From Octopus vulgaris (taxonomy: Eukaryota), in the NCBI GenBank assembly GCA_951406725.2, contig OX597821.1, positions 11,346,001 to 11,410,000 on the forward strand: 64,000 nucleotides of DNA, written 5' to 3'. Of the stretch, positions 51,301 through 63,430 are shown piece after piece (the stretch's first letter is position 1; every line of letters starts with the position of its first letter). Both the position numbers and the translations under genes were made by a program. Under the pieces are notes generated by a model. That model was not told the DNA's origin. It searched no databases and saw only the letters and a list, made by a program, of their open reading frames with translations.

Positions 51301-53962
51301 TACCTTCGTTCTGTAGCTTTTTGGCGGTATTCGATATATCCAAGTTTTCTAAATTAGGGCAGTTGAGTGCAACAGCCTGTGAAAATGACCAAATGAAATG
51401 CACATTATAGCAAATAGTAGCATATACTCAAAAGAAATCACTTATCTCTATTTATTTTGTGTATGTATGCAAGTGTGTGTGGTTGAGCACATGCTTTAAC
51501 AAACTTTTTAAATAGAATTTGTTGAGGCAGACTTTCTGCAACCAGATGCCCTTCCAGTTTCTAACCCTCACTTATTTCCAAGTAAGGTAATATTTTCCCA
51601 AATCATAGGGTTGGTGTGAGGGGTCAGACCTGGCCAATCTAAGCATAAAACAGGAAGAATATTTTGGCCAGATAGAATCAGTTTAAATGCTAAAGGGCTA
51701 AATAAATTAATAGGCCTAAAATATTTGTATGAATTGCTAAAATGATGATTTAATGACTAAACATTCTGATAGAGAGCTAGCTGTTAGTAAACCGAAAGAA
51801 AAATAAATTAAATTTACTCTTAGTCCTTCGGCAGTCAGATTTTTCCATCCACTCAAGTTAAGAGACTTGCATTGTAGAAGACGGTTCTTACTGAGCCATT
51901 TCAAAGTGGAATCAACAGACTTTATCCAGCCGTATGTAAGGTCGATGTTTTGCCAGAGTCTTGGGCACTTTGATGCTTCATACCACGTTCGACAAACTTG
52001 TGAAGCTCTGAAATGTAGAAAATGTCAGAAGATTAAAGAAGAACATAAAAAAAAAAGAGCTTAAAGCATCTGGTAAAATACCTTTTATTTGTTTCAGTCA
52101 TTGGACTGCAGCCATGCTGGAGCACTACACTGAAGGGTTTAGCTGAAAACCCTTCAGAATAGTTTTTTTAAGTCTGGCACTTACTTTATTGATCACTTTT
52201 GCTGAACTACTAGGTTATGTGGATGTAAACAAACCAACATGAGTTGTCAAGTGGTGGTGGGGGGGGTTGGACTAAAATTCCCACACACAGCTTTGTATAG
52301 TATAGCGTGGCCATTGCCAGTACTGCCTGACTGGCCCTCGTGCCAGTGGCATGTAAAAACACTCACTACACTCTCTGAGTGGTTGGCGTTAGGAAGAGCA
52401 TCCAGCTGTAGAAACTCTTCCAGATCAGATTGGAGCCTGGTGCAGCCATCTGGTTCGCCAGTCCTCAGTCAAATTGTCCAGCCATGCTAGCATAGAAAGC
52501 AGATGTTAAACGATGATGATGATGATAAAAGCACTTGTGCTGGTGGCACAAAAAAGGCAACCATTACACTCTTGGAGTGGTCGGCATTAGGGAGGGCATC
52601 CAGCCATAGAACCATGCCAAATCAGACTGGAACTTGATGCAGCTTTCTGGCTTACCAGTTCCAGTTAAGCCACCAAAAACATGCCAGCATGAAAATCAAA
52701 CACTAAATGATGATGATTATATATATATAGCGGAGACGGGAGAGATATGCGGTGATATACGTCTGGAAAATCCTGGAGGGTCTTGTACAAACTTTGGCAT
52801 TTAAAGTTACTCCAACCGCAGAACGGGGCGCCACTGCATGGTGCCAAAGATTCCAACATCACCATCAAAATACAGGTCCAGATACTGCAACAGCTTGGGT
52901 TACAGAGGACCACAGCTCTTTAACATCCTCCCTAAATGCCTGAGAGACTTACATGGTGTGGATGTAGGTTTCTTTAAAACTAAACTGGATCTCTTCTTGT
53001 CGGGAGTCCCAGATGAACCTACCTCACGACAGGAGACACAGATGCAGGCAGCAGCATCGAACTCCCTTGTTGATCAAGTGCCATGTGTCGATTTGCCAAT
53101 TCTGGCCATTTTTCTTTGAATGCTTCCTCCAGATTCATTAATTGTTGACAGTAAACATCTGAATTGATCGTTTGGTTCCTTGAAACCAAAATACACAACA
53201 CCTTTGTAATCCCACTAAATTGACAGCATGACCTTTCTTTGATGCAATTCAGCTTTTCACGTGGTTTGTGCTGGTTCGTTACGCTTGGACCATGATCGTT
53301 TTCAATTGATGTTATGGTAGATAATCTATTTTTCATCACCAGTGATGCTTCCTTTAAAAGAAAAAGGTCAATTTCATTGCATTTGAGATGCATATCACAA
53401 ATATTTATTCATTGTGTTAAATGAATCTCTTTCAATTTATGTGGAACCCAAATATCAGGCTTTTTAATGAGTCCAAGATATTTTAAGTGATTTTCAATTA
53501 TTGCGTGCGATACCTCTGCAATCTCTCACACAAATATGACAATCAGATTCAATTACGGCTTTGATTAGGTCATCATCAACTTCAGTAGGTCGACCAGAAC
53601 ATTGGACATCATTGAGTGAAAATTCTCCAGAATGAAATTTTTTAAACCATTTCTGACATATGCACTCTGCTAAGCAATCAACACCATAAACCTTACATAT
53701 CTCTTTGTGAGCCTCAGCAGCTTTCTTGCCTTTATGGAAATAAAAAGCAAAAAAATACGGCAAAAATGAGCGTTTTTGCACTCCATGTCAAAATAGACAC
53801 TGAACAAACAACTGTAAACAAAATTACATGCAATTTGCTTCAAAAGTAAGCTAAAAGTGACGGCTATCAAATGTCAAAAGGAAAAATTCATAACATTGAC
53901 AAAAGTCATACAAAAAAAATCATAACTCCATTTGTGAGAAACGAAATTACTTTCTTGCCAAC

Positions 53963-53994
<32 letters not shown>

Positions 53995-54083
53995 ACGTCC
54001 GTTCCATGCTAGCATGGGTTGGACAGTAACTAAGCCCGAAGGCTACACCAGGCCAGTCAGATCTGGCAGTGTTTCTACAGCTA

Positions 54084-54161
<78 letters not shown>

Positions 54162-54261
54162 AGATAAATGAATTATCTTATTACGGATAATTCAAATGAT
54201 ATATGGTATCATAAACATATGTAGAAAATATATAAATATCCATTTCTTCCTATAAATATAT

Positions 54262-54295
<34 letters not shown>

Positions 54296-55967
54296 ATATA
54301 TTTATATATATATACATACATATGTACATATACTGCTTTTTCTTCACATATTATCCAAAGCCTCTTCATTTTTATTATATTTCATAACACTATATTTTGT
54401 CTTTATACCTTTTATCCTGACCTTCTACCTGTTTTTATATTAGTATTTCTTTTTCTTACCAATTACACTGTTTTCCTCACTGTTTATCCTATTTTCTCTT
54501 TTTACACACCTCCCTCTCGGCTATATCACACTCACCCATATTCACCTTTCTTCCCCAACACCCCTTCTCTCACTCTTGGACATCTCCAAACACCCCTGGC
54601 AACCACCTGGTCCCCATAACTGCCCCCTAATCCCACCTCCTTACACATTTAGCCTCTTATACATAAACACAACAACCTACCTCTTCCTTTATTCCTAACT
54701 TCTCCCCATAGAACAGTATATCTCCACCTGGCCCCTGAGTGTTTATATTTCCTTTTTTTTCCAACACCTTTATTTGATAAGCAGCCAAAATATTAAACAC
54801 CCTTTACCTTTCTTTTCAAGCATTATACTAATAACAGCTTTGACAAAACTTTTCCTTGTACATTTTTCCTGCTTTTGCTCATTCATCATCTCTTATATGA
54901 AATCTGTTCTGTCTGTCTGTGTGTGTGTCATCTCAGATCTCGGGCATCCTCCATCCAATTGCGCTCAAATTTGATATGTAGATACCAACAATATCAGGGT
55001 GTGTATAAGTTTTGAAGATATTACAAAATTCGATTCCAGGTGAGAATGCAATCGATAAAGCCCTTTTTGTCCTGCTTTTCTTCCATCAACCTGTACATAA
55101 CTGCACCTTCCATTTTTTGTTGTTTTTGAACTGCTTAAAGGCATGTTTTTTCCTGCCAGGCTTACTGTTTAAACTATGTTTGTGTTCTCCCAGTCAACAT
55201 CCTTATCATTACTGGTACTTTAAACTCTTCAGTTGCATATTTGTGTGAATAAAATCGTTTTTCTTCGGAATAGAAAAAAACGTCTATCTTTATTTCTTCT
55301 TTTGCTGGTATCTCAAATTTAGGTTAAATCAGTGTTTCTCAAAGGGAGGCCTATGGGACGGTCGGACAAGTTGTTTTGAGAACATTTGGCTTAAATGTTT
55401 GACAACTCAGCACTGTCCATTGCAGTGAGGGGGGGGGGACGTTTTGCTTGTAGGTACATATACAAAAATATGTCAAGCTAAGTAAAATCACAGCTATATA
55501 GATGTGCAAGCATATCCATTATGGTTGTGCCCCCACTTCCTCTCTCAGCCAACAGGTCTTTGTCTAGCAGGGGCCAGTGCCACAGAGAAGAACCTATGCT
55601 GGGAGCCCATAAAAAGCATCAGCACATCCTGTAACATGGTTGGCATTAGGAAGGGCATCATCCAGCCATAAAAAAAATCATGCCAAAACAGACAATTGGA
55701 GCTTGGCCAGCTCTCTGGCTTGCCAAAACCTGTCATTCAACCCATGCTTAACATTAAACGATGATGATGATGATGATATATATTTTGGATGAATATACTT
55801 ATGTATATAGGAGTGGATGTGTGGTAAGTAGCTTGCTTACCAACCACATGCTTCCAGATTATGATCCCACTGCATGGCACCTTGGGCAAGCGTCTTCTGC
55901 TATAGCCTCAGGCCGACCAAAGCCTTGTGAGTGAATTTGGTGGATGGAAACTGAAAGAAGCTTGTAG

Positions 55968-56006
<39 letters not shown>

Positions 56007-59000
56007 CTGTGTTTGTCCCCCACCATTGCTTGACAACCAATGTTGGTGTGTTTAAATGCCCGAAATATAGCAGTTTGGCAACAGAGGCTGATAGAATAAG
56101 TACTAGGCTTACAAAGAATAAGTCACGGGGCCACTTTGTTCGACTAAAGGCAGTGCTCCAGCATGGCCACAGTCAAATGACTGAAACAAACAAATAAAAG
56201 AATATATAGATATATTTAAATATTGTTTGACTTCCAGTAGATGTGTTCACAAGTTAAACCCAGTTAAATCAGACTTGAAGGTTTGGCAATGTTAAAACAA
56301 ATGAAAAAATGTAGACAAAAATTTAAAAAGGGAACCGTCTTTTCATAAAGTTTCTTTTGCTTACCTGACAAGAAATGGTAAGGCACCTTCCAATTCCACA
56401 CAACGTGAGAAAATCTCAACCCAAACATCAATAGGCACAGCATTGATATGAGAGAAGTGTACAACAGGGGTTTTGTCTACTGTCACTCTCTGTCGTTTCG
56501 TTTTGCGTAATCTGAAAATATTTAATTAACCCTTTAATTACTCTGTCAAATGTAAGTGCTTATTTATTCACATTGTCTTTTTTTAATTAATCATGCATTA
56601 TCTCTTTGCTTCAAGATTTTGATGATGTGACATATTAGGGTAGTTGTGAGAGGCTGGATCTGGCCAGTGTGTACATGAAGTAAGTAGGACTTAGGTTGGA
56701 TGGGGCCAGCTTAAATGCATAAGGGTTAAAAAAGTGTGGAAAAAAACGAGGAGTGGCTGTGTGATAAGTAGATTGCTTACTAACCACATGAGTCCGGGTT
56801 CAGTCCCACTGCGTGGCACCATGGGCAAGTGTATTCTACTGTAGCCTCAGGCCAACCAAAGCCCTGTGAGTGGATTTGATAGATGGAAACAGAAAGAAGC
56901 CCGTCGTTATATGTATATATATATGTGTGTGTGTTTGTGTGTCTGTGTTTGTCCCCACCAACATCGCTTGAAAACCGATGGTGTGTTTATGTCCCCGTAA
57001 CTTAGCAGTTCGGCAAAAGAGACCGATAGAATAAGTACTGGGCTTACAAAGAATAAGTCCTGGGGGTCGATTTCCTCGACTAAAGGCGGTGCTCCAGCAT
57101 GGCCGCAGTCAAATGACTGAAACAAGTAAAAGGGTAACTGACTTGTGGATTTATTGTATTATCTACAACACTTACTGCATTATCTTTGCAAATGCATGTG
57201 AATTAGTGGTGCAAGTGCTTAGCTGACATTCATAAAGCAGTGGGTTCAATTTCTTGAAGTGGGCAGTGTATTGTGTCCTTGAGCAAGACATTCTATTTCA
57301 TGTTGCTCCAATCTACTCAGTAATTGATTAGTACCAGCTGGTAGCTGGAGAAGCCCCATCTCAACCTGAATACATCACTGGATCAAAAAGGAAGAGGCAA
57401 AAGTGGCTCTTGGGTGTCTATGTCAGCTCATGACTACATCTTAAGGTAATCAGTGAAAGCATGGCCCACATTAACAAACCTTACTCACGCTCAGTTGATG
57501 GCTAGCTGTACTAACCATCAGGGAAACAGCTGTGCTCAGTGTGTAGAAAAAGAGTAAGAAAGAGCCACATACATGCCTTGTGTGAACTGTGAGTGCATAA
57601 GGGGTTTTCTAGGATCATAGGGATGCTGACAATGGATACATTGCTTGTGGCAGATGTACAGGAGTAGTTAGCAGATAGACCACTCGTAAAATAAACTCTT
57701 CTCAATGTCCAGAAGATTCCATAAACATACCACATTTTCCAACATACAAGTTAAATCTTTCAGACGAAAATCTGAAGGCAAAAAAAGGTAGGTTGACTTA
57801 TACCACCATGATCACCGTGACCGACCAGGCTATCAGATGTTGCTACACATCGCTGGTCACAATGCGCTTCACATTGTTTTAGCCTTCAAATGATGCCACC
57901 CCGCTGGCTAAGCGAGCAAGCCAACAGAAGAAAGATTGAGAGAAAGTTGTGGTGAAAGAGTACAGTAGGCATCATCACCACCCACTGCTGGAGTCTCATG
58001 GAACTTTAGGTGTTTTTCGCTCAATTAACACTCACAATGCCCAGTATGGGAATCGAAACCGTGATCCTACTACCGCAAGTCTACTGCCCTAACCACTGAG
58101 CCATTGCGCCTCCACAGGTTGGCTTATACACCAAAGTGAATTTAGAGGACTAAAAATTTCATGTGAAATGCAGCAGGACTTGGGGAAAATAGAGACAATA
58201 TTTGATTGTTACACGACATGTTTACACAGTCAGTATTTATACAGGAAAATATGATGGTATCTCCCTGTAACCTAGGCAACCTAACCAGCTGCAGAAAAGA
58301 GTGTTCTGAAAGCAGGGTGGCCAGAATAAGAACAAGAAAGTAATAGTTTAGGGAGCTGTTCTATTGTTCACAAGAGGAATTCTCTCTTTGCCCGAATGGT
58401 AGATTCTATGTCACCTGTATACTAAGTGCAATGCTTCATGGTAGCGAGATGTCGGCAATGAATACAGAGGATGTTTGAAGGTGGGGAAGAAAAGAAGCAA
58501 GCATGTTGTGATGGATGTGTAATGTTAGTGAGTGTGGAGGCGCAATGGCCCAGTGGTTAGGGCAGCAGACTCGCGGTCATAGGATCGCGGTTTCAATTCC
58601 CAGACCGGGCGTTGTGAGTGTTAATTGAGCGAAAACACCTAAAGCTCCACGGGGCTCTGGCAGGGGATGGTGGTGATCCCTGCTGTACTCTTTCACCACA
58701 ACTTTCTCTCATTCTTACTTCCTGTTTCTGTTGTACCTGTATTTCAAAGGGCCGGCCTTGTCACTCTCTGCGTCACGCTGAATATCCCCGAGAACTACAT
58801 TAAGGGTGCACGTGTTTGTGGAGTGCTCAGCCACTTACACGTTAATTTCACGAGCAGGCTGTTCCGTTGATTCGGATCAACCGGAACCCTCATCGTCGTA
58901 ACCGACGGAGTGCTTCCAGTTAGTGAGCATGAGCGAAAGAGTAGAGGTAAGCTGAGAGACAAAAAAAAAAAAGTATGTATAAGAGGAAGGAGACAGTTTT

Positions 59001-60399
59001 GCATGACTGAAGACTGTATAGGTGTGAACTTGCAATGAGTTTGAATGATGAGAGTTGAATAAAGAAGCAACAAGAGATCTATATAAAAGGAAACTATGAA
59101 AGAGGAAGACATGGGCAGAAGCTGTAAAAGTCAACCTCAGGATGGTGAACTTCACAAAGATGACAACAGTTTGTAACAAATGGTAAGATGCTGTTTTGGT
59201 GAGGACCTGTCTAACCTATGCAAGCATAGAAAGGCAGACCTGTAGATGATGATTATGATGATGATGACAAAACTCAAAGCAACTCAGAAGATGGAAAACC
59301 AAAACAACTACATCTTTATATATAAAAGTGAAGTTGTGTGTCTGTCCCCTTCGATTTAGATTCCTAACTACTCCCACATTTTGCAGTGCAGTTTAACCAA
59401 AACCGGGTATCTTATAGTCGTGATTCATATCGAGCCCTTCTGGGTATTAGTGCGCGTCTACGATGAGTCTACAATTTAAAAAAAAAAATTACCATCATTT
59501 TTTCCCCCATTTTTTTGCTATTATATAAGGGAAGTAACTCTCTAAAAATGCTTATATAGTTATTTCCCTTACAAACCCGAGCAACGCCGGGCGATACTGT
59601 TAGTTCTTTATAATTCTTTGTGCATTAGTTATTTTCTCATGCTACCACAACAATGAGACATGTGCAAATTCTGATGCTGTAGTAATAAGCACAATAACAG
59701 TCAAAGGCATTCCATCCATGACCACTCTACTTCATATTTATGAAGTATAAACAAGACTAGATTATCTAACATGTCCTTCCTGTTTTAAGATGATACAGCA
59801 TGATTTAAAGAATTGGCCATTAGCTCTAGCAGACTGGGTGACCATGAAGAGGCACCAGTAAATAATACTGGTTACATTATTCCTTACTTTTCCAGTCTTC
59901 AAGGTTGGTGGGAGGAAGGGAGAAAGTTAGCCTCAGCAAGGAAGACCTAGCTCGACTGAAACTTCCGAGCAAGATATAACCCCCCAACCCATACCAGCAT
60001 AGGAAGTAGATGTAAAAGGATGAGGATAATGATTGTGGACTGAAAGTGCAAATATTTGATTCCTTGGTGCTCATAGACTTCTGTATTACAAGAAAGATTA
60101 TTGCATTAAGTATAACACTACAAGGAAATGTCATATATATATATATACATTTACAACACATGGTTAAGATAACCAGTAAGATGTAACGCAGTGAAATTCC
60201 CTTGGTCTCTTGAACTACAAAAGTGTACGAATGTCAATTTTCTCGGCTCTACTCACACCAACTGTTCTTCATCAGAGTCATCCATTGGTATGTAGTCATT
60301 GTCTGAGGAATCATCACTGGATGGCCATTCTGTATATTGTGTAACCAAAATGGCACTCTTTTTCTTTTTCTTGTTGTTCTTCTTCTTTTTGGTTTCCAT
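38320..60399 (-). CDS. FBXL6: F-box/LRR-repeat protein 6 orthologue, 10 coding exons, 475 aa (1428 nt incl. stop)
   Basis: Manually spliced exons 60399-60257, 56511-56365, 52007-51818, 51376-51242, 50963-50835, 49620-49462, 43997-43900, 41932-41782, 40633-40485 and 38446-38320. All introns are GT-AG, with phases 2,2,0,0,0,0,2,0,2, giving one open frame. The F-box VPIDVWVEIFSRCVELEGALPFLVRASQVCRTWYEASKCPRLWQNIDL carries the FBXL6-type G-x-x-PFL-x-R insertion, followed by LRRs, a GFP-x-L motif and a C-terminal YLNISYCRELPRGIKR resembling the vertebrate FBXL6 end (CRCLPRGLKR). Confidence 0.9.
40485..40633 (-). CDS. FBXL6: FBXL6 exon 9 (FSSTLESLDLSD...SQLSRLDVSNSQISLEVL)
   Basis: tctctcatatttcag acceptor, CA|gtaagt donor, LxxLDLS repeats. 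Confidence 0.9.
41782..41932 (-). CDS. FBXL6: FBXL6 exon 8 (LLKNSHNLEILELDQFCKITPE...QDVSLVQ)
   Basis: gtttatgtttccag acceptor, CAG|gtaaga donor, LRR pattern. Confidence 0.9.
43900..43997 (-). CDS. FBXL6: FBXL6 exon 7 (EESAGFPMLKHLSLSLSDKNSVLTETAHNILK)
   Basis: Poly-T ccatag acceptor, AG|gtaaga donor, GFPxLxxLxL motif. Confidence 0.88.
44530..45300 (-). mobile_element. Old RTE RT fragment split by a SINE insertion
   Basis: KGMKLLDQVM...LDGMQFGFMPRRGTMNAIFLVRQLQE. The inserted SINE (44599-44978) is flanked by the TSD ACGTGGCATGT. Confidence 0.75.
45797..45975. repeat. Long near-perfect inverted repeat (~88-bp arms, 2-nt spacer) in FBXL6 intron 6
   Basis: TATAAGAGGGATGACCTGTAAGTGGA...CTCAAGAA-TG-TTCTTGAG...TCCACTTACAGGTCTTCCCTCTTATA. 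Confidence 0.9.
47255..48005 (-). repeat. Tandem array of ~180-bp family C SINE bodies behind one tRNA head
   Basis: The core AAAGGATGAAAGGCAAAGTCGACCTC recurs near 47345, 47525, 47705 and 47890. Two units are almost identical. Confidence 0.85.
48359..48833. repeat. 160-bp direct duplication (48359-48518 and 48674-48833) flanking a truncated family C SINE
   Basis: No mismatch seen by eye between the two copies. The insert 48519-48673 is a minus-strand SINE head + core + (TTTCGA)3. Confidence 0.92.
49462..49620 (-). CDS. FBXL6: FBXL6 exon 6 (INCHNLEVLELIN...IDIEKFQISLRKLSKL...KLQM)
   Basis: Poly-T cag acceptor, ATG|gtaagt donor, LRR pattern. Confidence 0.9.
49652..49963 (+). mobile_element. 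Non-autonomous Helitron (short subfamily), FBXL6 intron 5
   Basis: A|TCTTTATATATAAAA...CCCGAGCAACGCCGGGCGATACTGCTAG|T. Confidence 0.85.
50835..50963 (-). CDS. FBXL6: FBXL6 exon 5 (SLEKNHVPLESLLANSSNSLTHLTFGG...NTQL)
   Basis: ttcttttattttcccag acceptor, CTT|gtaagg donor, 129 nt, phase 0/0, LRR-like. Confidence 0.85.
51242..51376 (-). CDS. FBXL6: FBXL6 exon 4 (AVALNCPNLENLDISN...QNCPKLSTINLLDCK)
   Basis: ttttcacag acceptor, AAA|gtaagt donor, cysteine-containing LRR pattern CPxLxxLDIS. Confidence 0.92.
51818..52007 (-). CDS. FBXL6: FBXL6 exon 3 (ASQVCRTWYEASKCPRLWQNIDL...LNLSGWKNLTAEGLR)
   Basis: ttctacatttcag acceptor, AGA|gtaaat donor, F-box end (VCRxW...LW) plus first LRR. Confidence 0.92.
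52730..53085 (+). mobile_element. Second CR1-group LINE ORF2 fragment (same family as 7961-8380)
   Basis: RRRERYAVIYVWKILEGLV...SLGYRGPQLFNILPKCLRDLHGVDVGFFKTKLDLFLSGVPDEP. Confidence 0.78.
53085..53968 (-). mobile_element. Mariner transposon, 5' two-thirds
   Basis: TIR TATTGGGTTGGCAAGAAAGTAATTT in (TA)n. FYFHKGKKAAEAHKEICKVYG...KWFKKFHSGEFSL...SGRPTEVDDD and NQTINSDVYCQQL...EKWPELANR. Confidence 0.88.
56365..56511 (-). CDS. FBXL6: FBXL6 exon 2 (LRKTKRQRV...F-box start VPIDVWVEIFSRCVELEGALPFLV)
   Basis: tattttcag acceptor, AG|gtaagc donor, F-box motif. Confidence 0.9.
56530..56725. mobile_element. piggyBac-type MITE (related copies at 50412-50589 and, partially, ~51600-51700)
   Basis: TTAA|CCCTT...AAGGG|TTAA, with internal similarity among the copies. 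Confidence 0.65.
58535..58918 (+). mobile_element. tRNA-derived SINE family D, representative copy
   Basis: Head GGAGGCGCAATGGCCCAGTGGTTAGGGC...GGTTTC(G/A)ATTCCC, tail ACCGACGGAGTGCTTCCA. Near-identical copies at 36643-37035(-) and 44599-44978(-); partial or variant copies at 24270-24465(+) and 57805-58115(-). Confidence 0.85.
58930..59270 (+). mobile_element. Old RTE LINE 3' end
   Basis: KRKTWAEAVKVNL...W.DAV, with tail TGTCTAACCTATGCAAGCATAGAAAGGCAGAC...(TGA)n. Confidence 0.6.
59313..59603 (+). mobile_element. Non-autonomous Helitron (short subfamily), FBXL6 intron 1
   Basis: Same family. The 3' end is TTAG|T, a C>T variant of CTAG. Confidence 0.85.
60257..60399 (-). CDS. FBXL6: FBXL6 coding exon 1 (METKKKKNNKKKKKSAILVTQYTEWPSSDDSSDNDYIPMDDSDEEQL)
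   Basis: ATG directly follows the acceptor ttcctttaaaaccag. Donor GT|gtgagt is phase 2, matching exon 2. An upstream exon is probable, so the true start could lie further 5'. Confidence 0.75.
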
Positions 60400-62072
60400 C
60401 TGGTTTTAAAGGAAAGAAATTTCTAATAAACAAATGTGTTTTAAAGACATACAAATGAAGTAGTTGGGCAAAACAATTGAAACCTTAAACCAAAATATTT
60501 TCGTCGCTTTCAGACTGCGACCTGTGCTGCATCTCTTATATATATATATATAAATATATATATCTCTTTTACTCTTTTACTTGTTTCAGTCATTTGACTG
60601 CGGCCATGCTGGAGCACCGCCTTTAGTCGAGCAAATCGACCCCGGGACCTATTCTTTTGTAAGCCCAGTACTTATTCTATCGGTCTCTTTTGCCGAACCG
60701 CTAAGTAACGGGGACATAAACGTACCAGCATCGGTTGTCAAGCAATGCTAGGGGGACAAACACACACACGCATATCATCATCATCATCATCATCATTTAA
60801 TGTCCGTTCTCCATGCTAGCATGGGTTGGACGGTTCGACCGGGGATCTGGGAAGCCAGAAGGCTGCACCAGGCTCCAGTCTTATCTGGCAATGTTTCTAC
60901 AGCTGGATGCCCTTCCTAACGCCAACCACTCCGTGAGTGCAGTGGGTGCTTTTTATGTGCCACCTGCACAGATGCCAGGCGAGGCTGGCAACGGCCACGG
61001 TCGGATTGGTGCATTTTACGTGCCACCGGCACGAAAGCCAGTCGAGGCAGCGCTGGCATCGGCCACGAGTCGGATAGTGCTTTTTACGTACCACCAGTCC
61101 AGGGGTCCTGGCTGGTTCAATTCGATTTCGATTTCAATTTTGATTTCATATATACATATATACAACAGGCTTCTTTCCGTTTCCGTCTACCAAATCCACT
61201 CACGAGGAATTGGTCAGCCAGAGGCTATAGTAGAAGACACTTGCCCAAGGTGCCATGCAGTGGGACTGAACCCGGAACCATGTGGTTGGTAAACAAGCTA
61301 CTTACCACACAGCCACTCCTGCGCCTATATATATATATGCATAGCATACATAACATATGATACACACACCCACACATGTGCTGGCTACTCCATCGACAAA
61401 GATGATTTCCATCTCCTTATGCTTCCTCACTGTCCAGAGTATTTCTCAGTGACTGGTGCTTGAGAAGATACATCAAGCTAAGTAAAAGTCAAGGTTGTCC
61501 ATGCAAGCTGTCCTCCACATCCCACTCTCAGCCAAGAGATCCAAGTCTTGCAGGCTTGTGGGTGCTGGTGTAACACAAAAAGCACCTGTTCCTGTGCCAC
61601 ATGCAAGCATCCAGTACACTCTGTAAAGTGATAGGGGCGAGGAAGGGTAAGCAGCCATAGAAGCAATGCCAAAACAGACAAATGGGACCCAGGCAGCTCA
61701 CCAGCGGGTCAACTGCTGACAAACCATCCAAGCCATGCCAACATGGAGAACAGACATTAAAAGATGATGGTGATGATAATAATGACCCCTCAGATGACTA
61801 TTCAGTCTCACTGCAGGTCTGCATGATATGAAGCATAGCTGTAAAATTCCAACTGGTTAGGTCTGCACACATTGCCCCTCATCCATGGCAATAACACCTT
61901 CAGTAAATAAAATGACAAAGGTGACAACAAAGAGCCATCCCCTCGTGGTTAGATTATAGTGACAAACGTTTCTAAATCAAGAGTACCACTTGTCTGTTAT
62001 TAGCGAGATGAGCAGCAATTATATGAAACCACGGGTTTTACATCAGTATCCCTCCTCTGAGAGGGTGTATAC

Positions 62073-62121
<49 letters not shown>

Positions 62122-63329
62122 GTCGGTGGCAGCGTGGCTGTCTGCCAGCCTCGTCTGGCACCTGTGTCGGTGGCACATAAAAAACACCAACCGAGCGTGG
62201 CCGTCTGCCAGCCTCATCTGGCACCTGTGTCGGTGGCACATAAAATCACCCACTACACTCTCGGAGTGGTTGGCGTTAGGAAGGGCATCCAGCTGTAGAA
62301 ACACTGACTGGCCCGGTGCAGCCTTCGGGCTTGCCAGACCCCAGTTGAACCGTCCAACCCATGCTAGCATGGAAAGCGGACGTTAAACGATGATGATGAT
62401 GATGATGATATAAAATAATGAGGGAGATAAATTAATATTAATTTAAATATCAATTTAAAACCAGTAGTCTAGCATACAAAAAATCCGAAAAATCAGAGAA
62501 AATTACATATACACATGTATATATCATCATCATCATCATCATCATCGTTTAACGTCTGCTTTCCATGCTAGCATGGGTTGGACGATTTTGACTGAGCGCT
62601 GGCGAACCAGATGGCTGAACCAGGCTCCAATCTTGATCTGGCAGAGTTTCTACAGCTGGATGCCCTTCCTAACGCCAGCCACTCCAAGAGTGTACAGTCT
62701 TTAAAAAACACAGTCAATGATGTCTGTGTGTACATTAGCAGCACTGTCCCAGATATGGGAGCAGAACTCCATTGTGAAAGAATGAAAGCCATCAGAAAGG
62801 GTTCACTCACACACATAAACAAAAGAAAACTTACATATATATATATATAATCGTGCCGGCGGCACATAAAAAGCACCATCCGTTCATGGCCGTTTGCCAG
62901 CTCTGTCTGGCACCTGTGCGGGTGGCACGTAAAAAGCACCCACTACACTCACGGAGTGGTTGACATTAGGAAGGGCATCCAGCCGTAGAAACACTGCCAG
63001 ATTTGACTGGGCCTGATGAAGCCTTCTGGCTTCACAGACCCCAGTAGAACCGTCCAACCCATGCTAGCATGGAAAACGGACGCTAAACGATGATGATGAT
63101 GATGATTATCACAATGGACTCCGTGTGGGCAGTCATCTAAAAGTTTTTGTTCATCATGATGCTGATATAAGTTCCTTGTCTTTCCAGATGAGAAGGCGGC
63201 ATAATGCACCCCTTATTCCTTCAAAATTAGGAATATGCAGTCTTCAAAACATATGTGGAGAATAAAGGAATTTTGTTAAATCGTCGTTCGACTCCATTGT
63301 TTCATTTATTTATAGTAAAAAAAACATAC

Positions 63330-63430
63330 AAATTTCCAAATGAAAGCACGTGATCTCTGCCCCTGGCATTTAGCTTCAACCGTGTTTTCTGACGTGAATT
63401 TGCTACCCAGGTATCGGTTAACCGAATTAT
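63330..63430 (-). promoter_or_regulatory. Candidate FBXL6 promoter / non-coding first exon
   Basis: Unique island between SINEs with E-box CACGTG (63347-63352), TGACGT (63390-63395), palindrome TCGGTTAACCGA (63414-63425) and a minus-strand donor TTT|gtatgt at 63330/63329. Coding exon 1 starts at an acceptor, so an upstream exon is expected. Confidence 0.3.
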
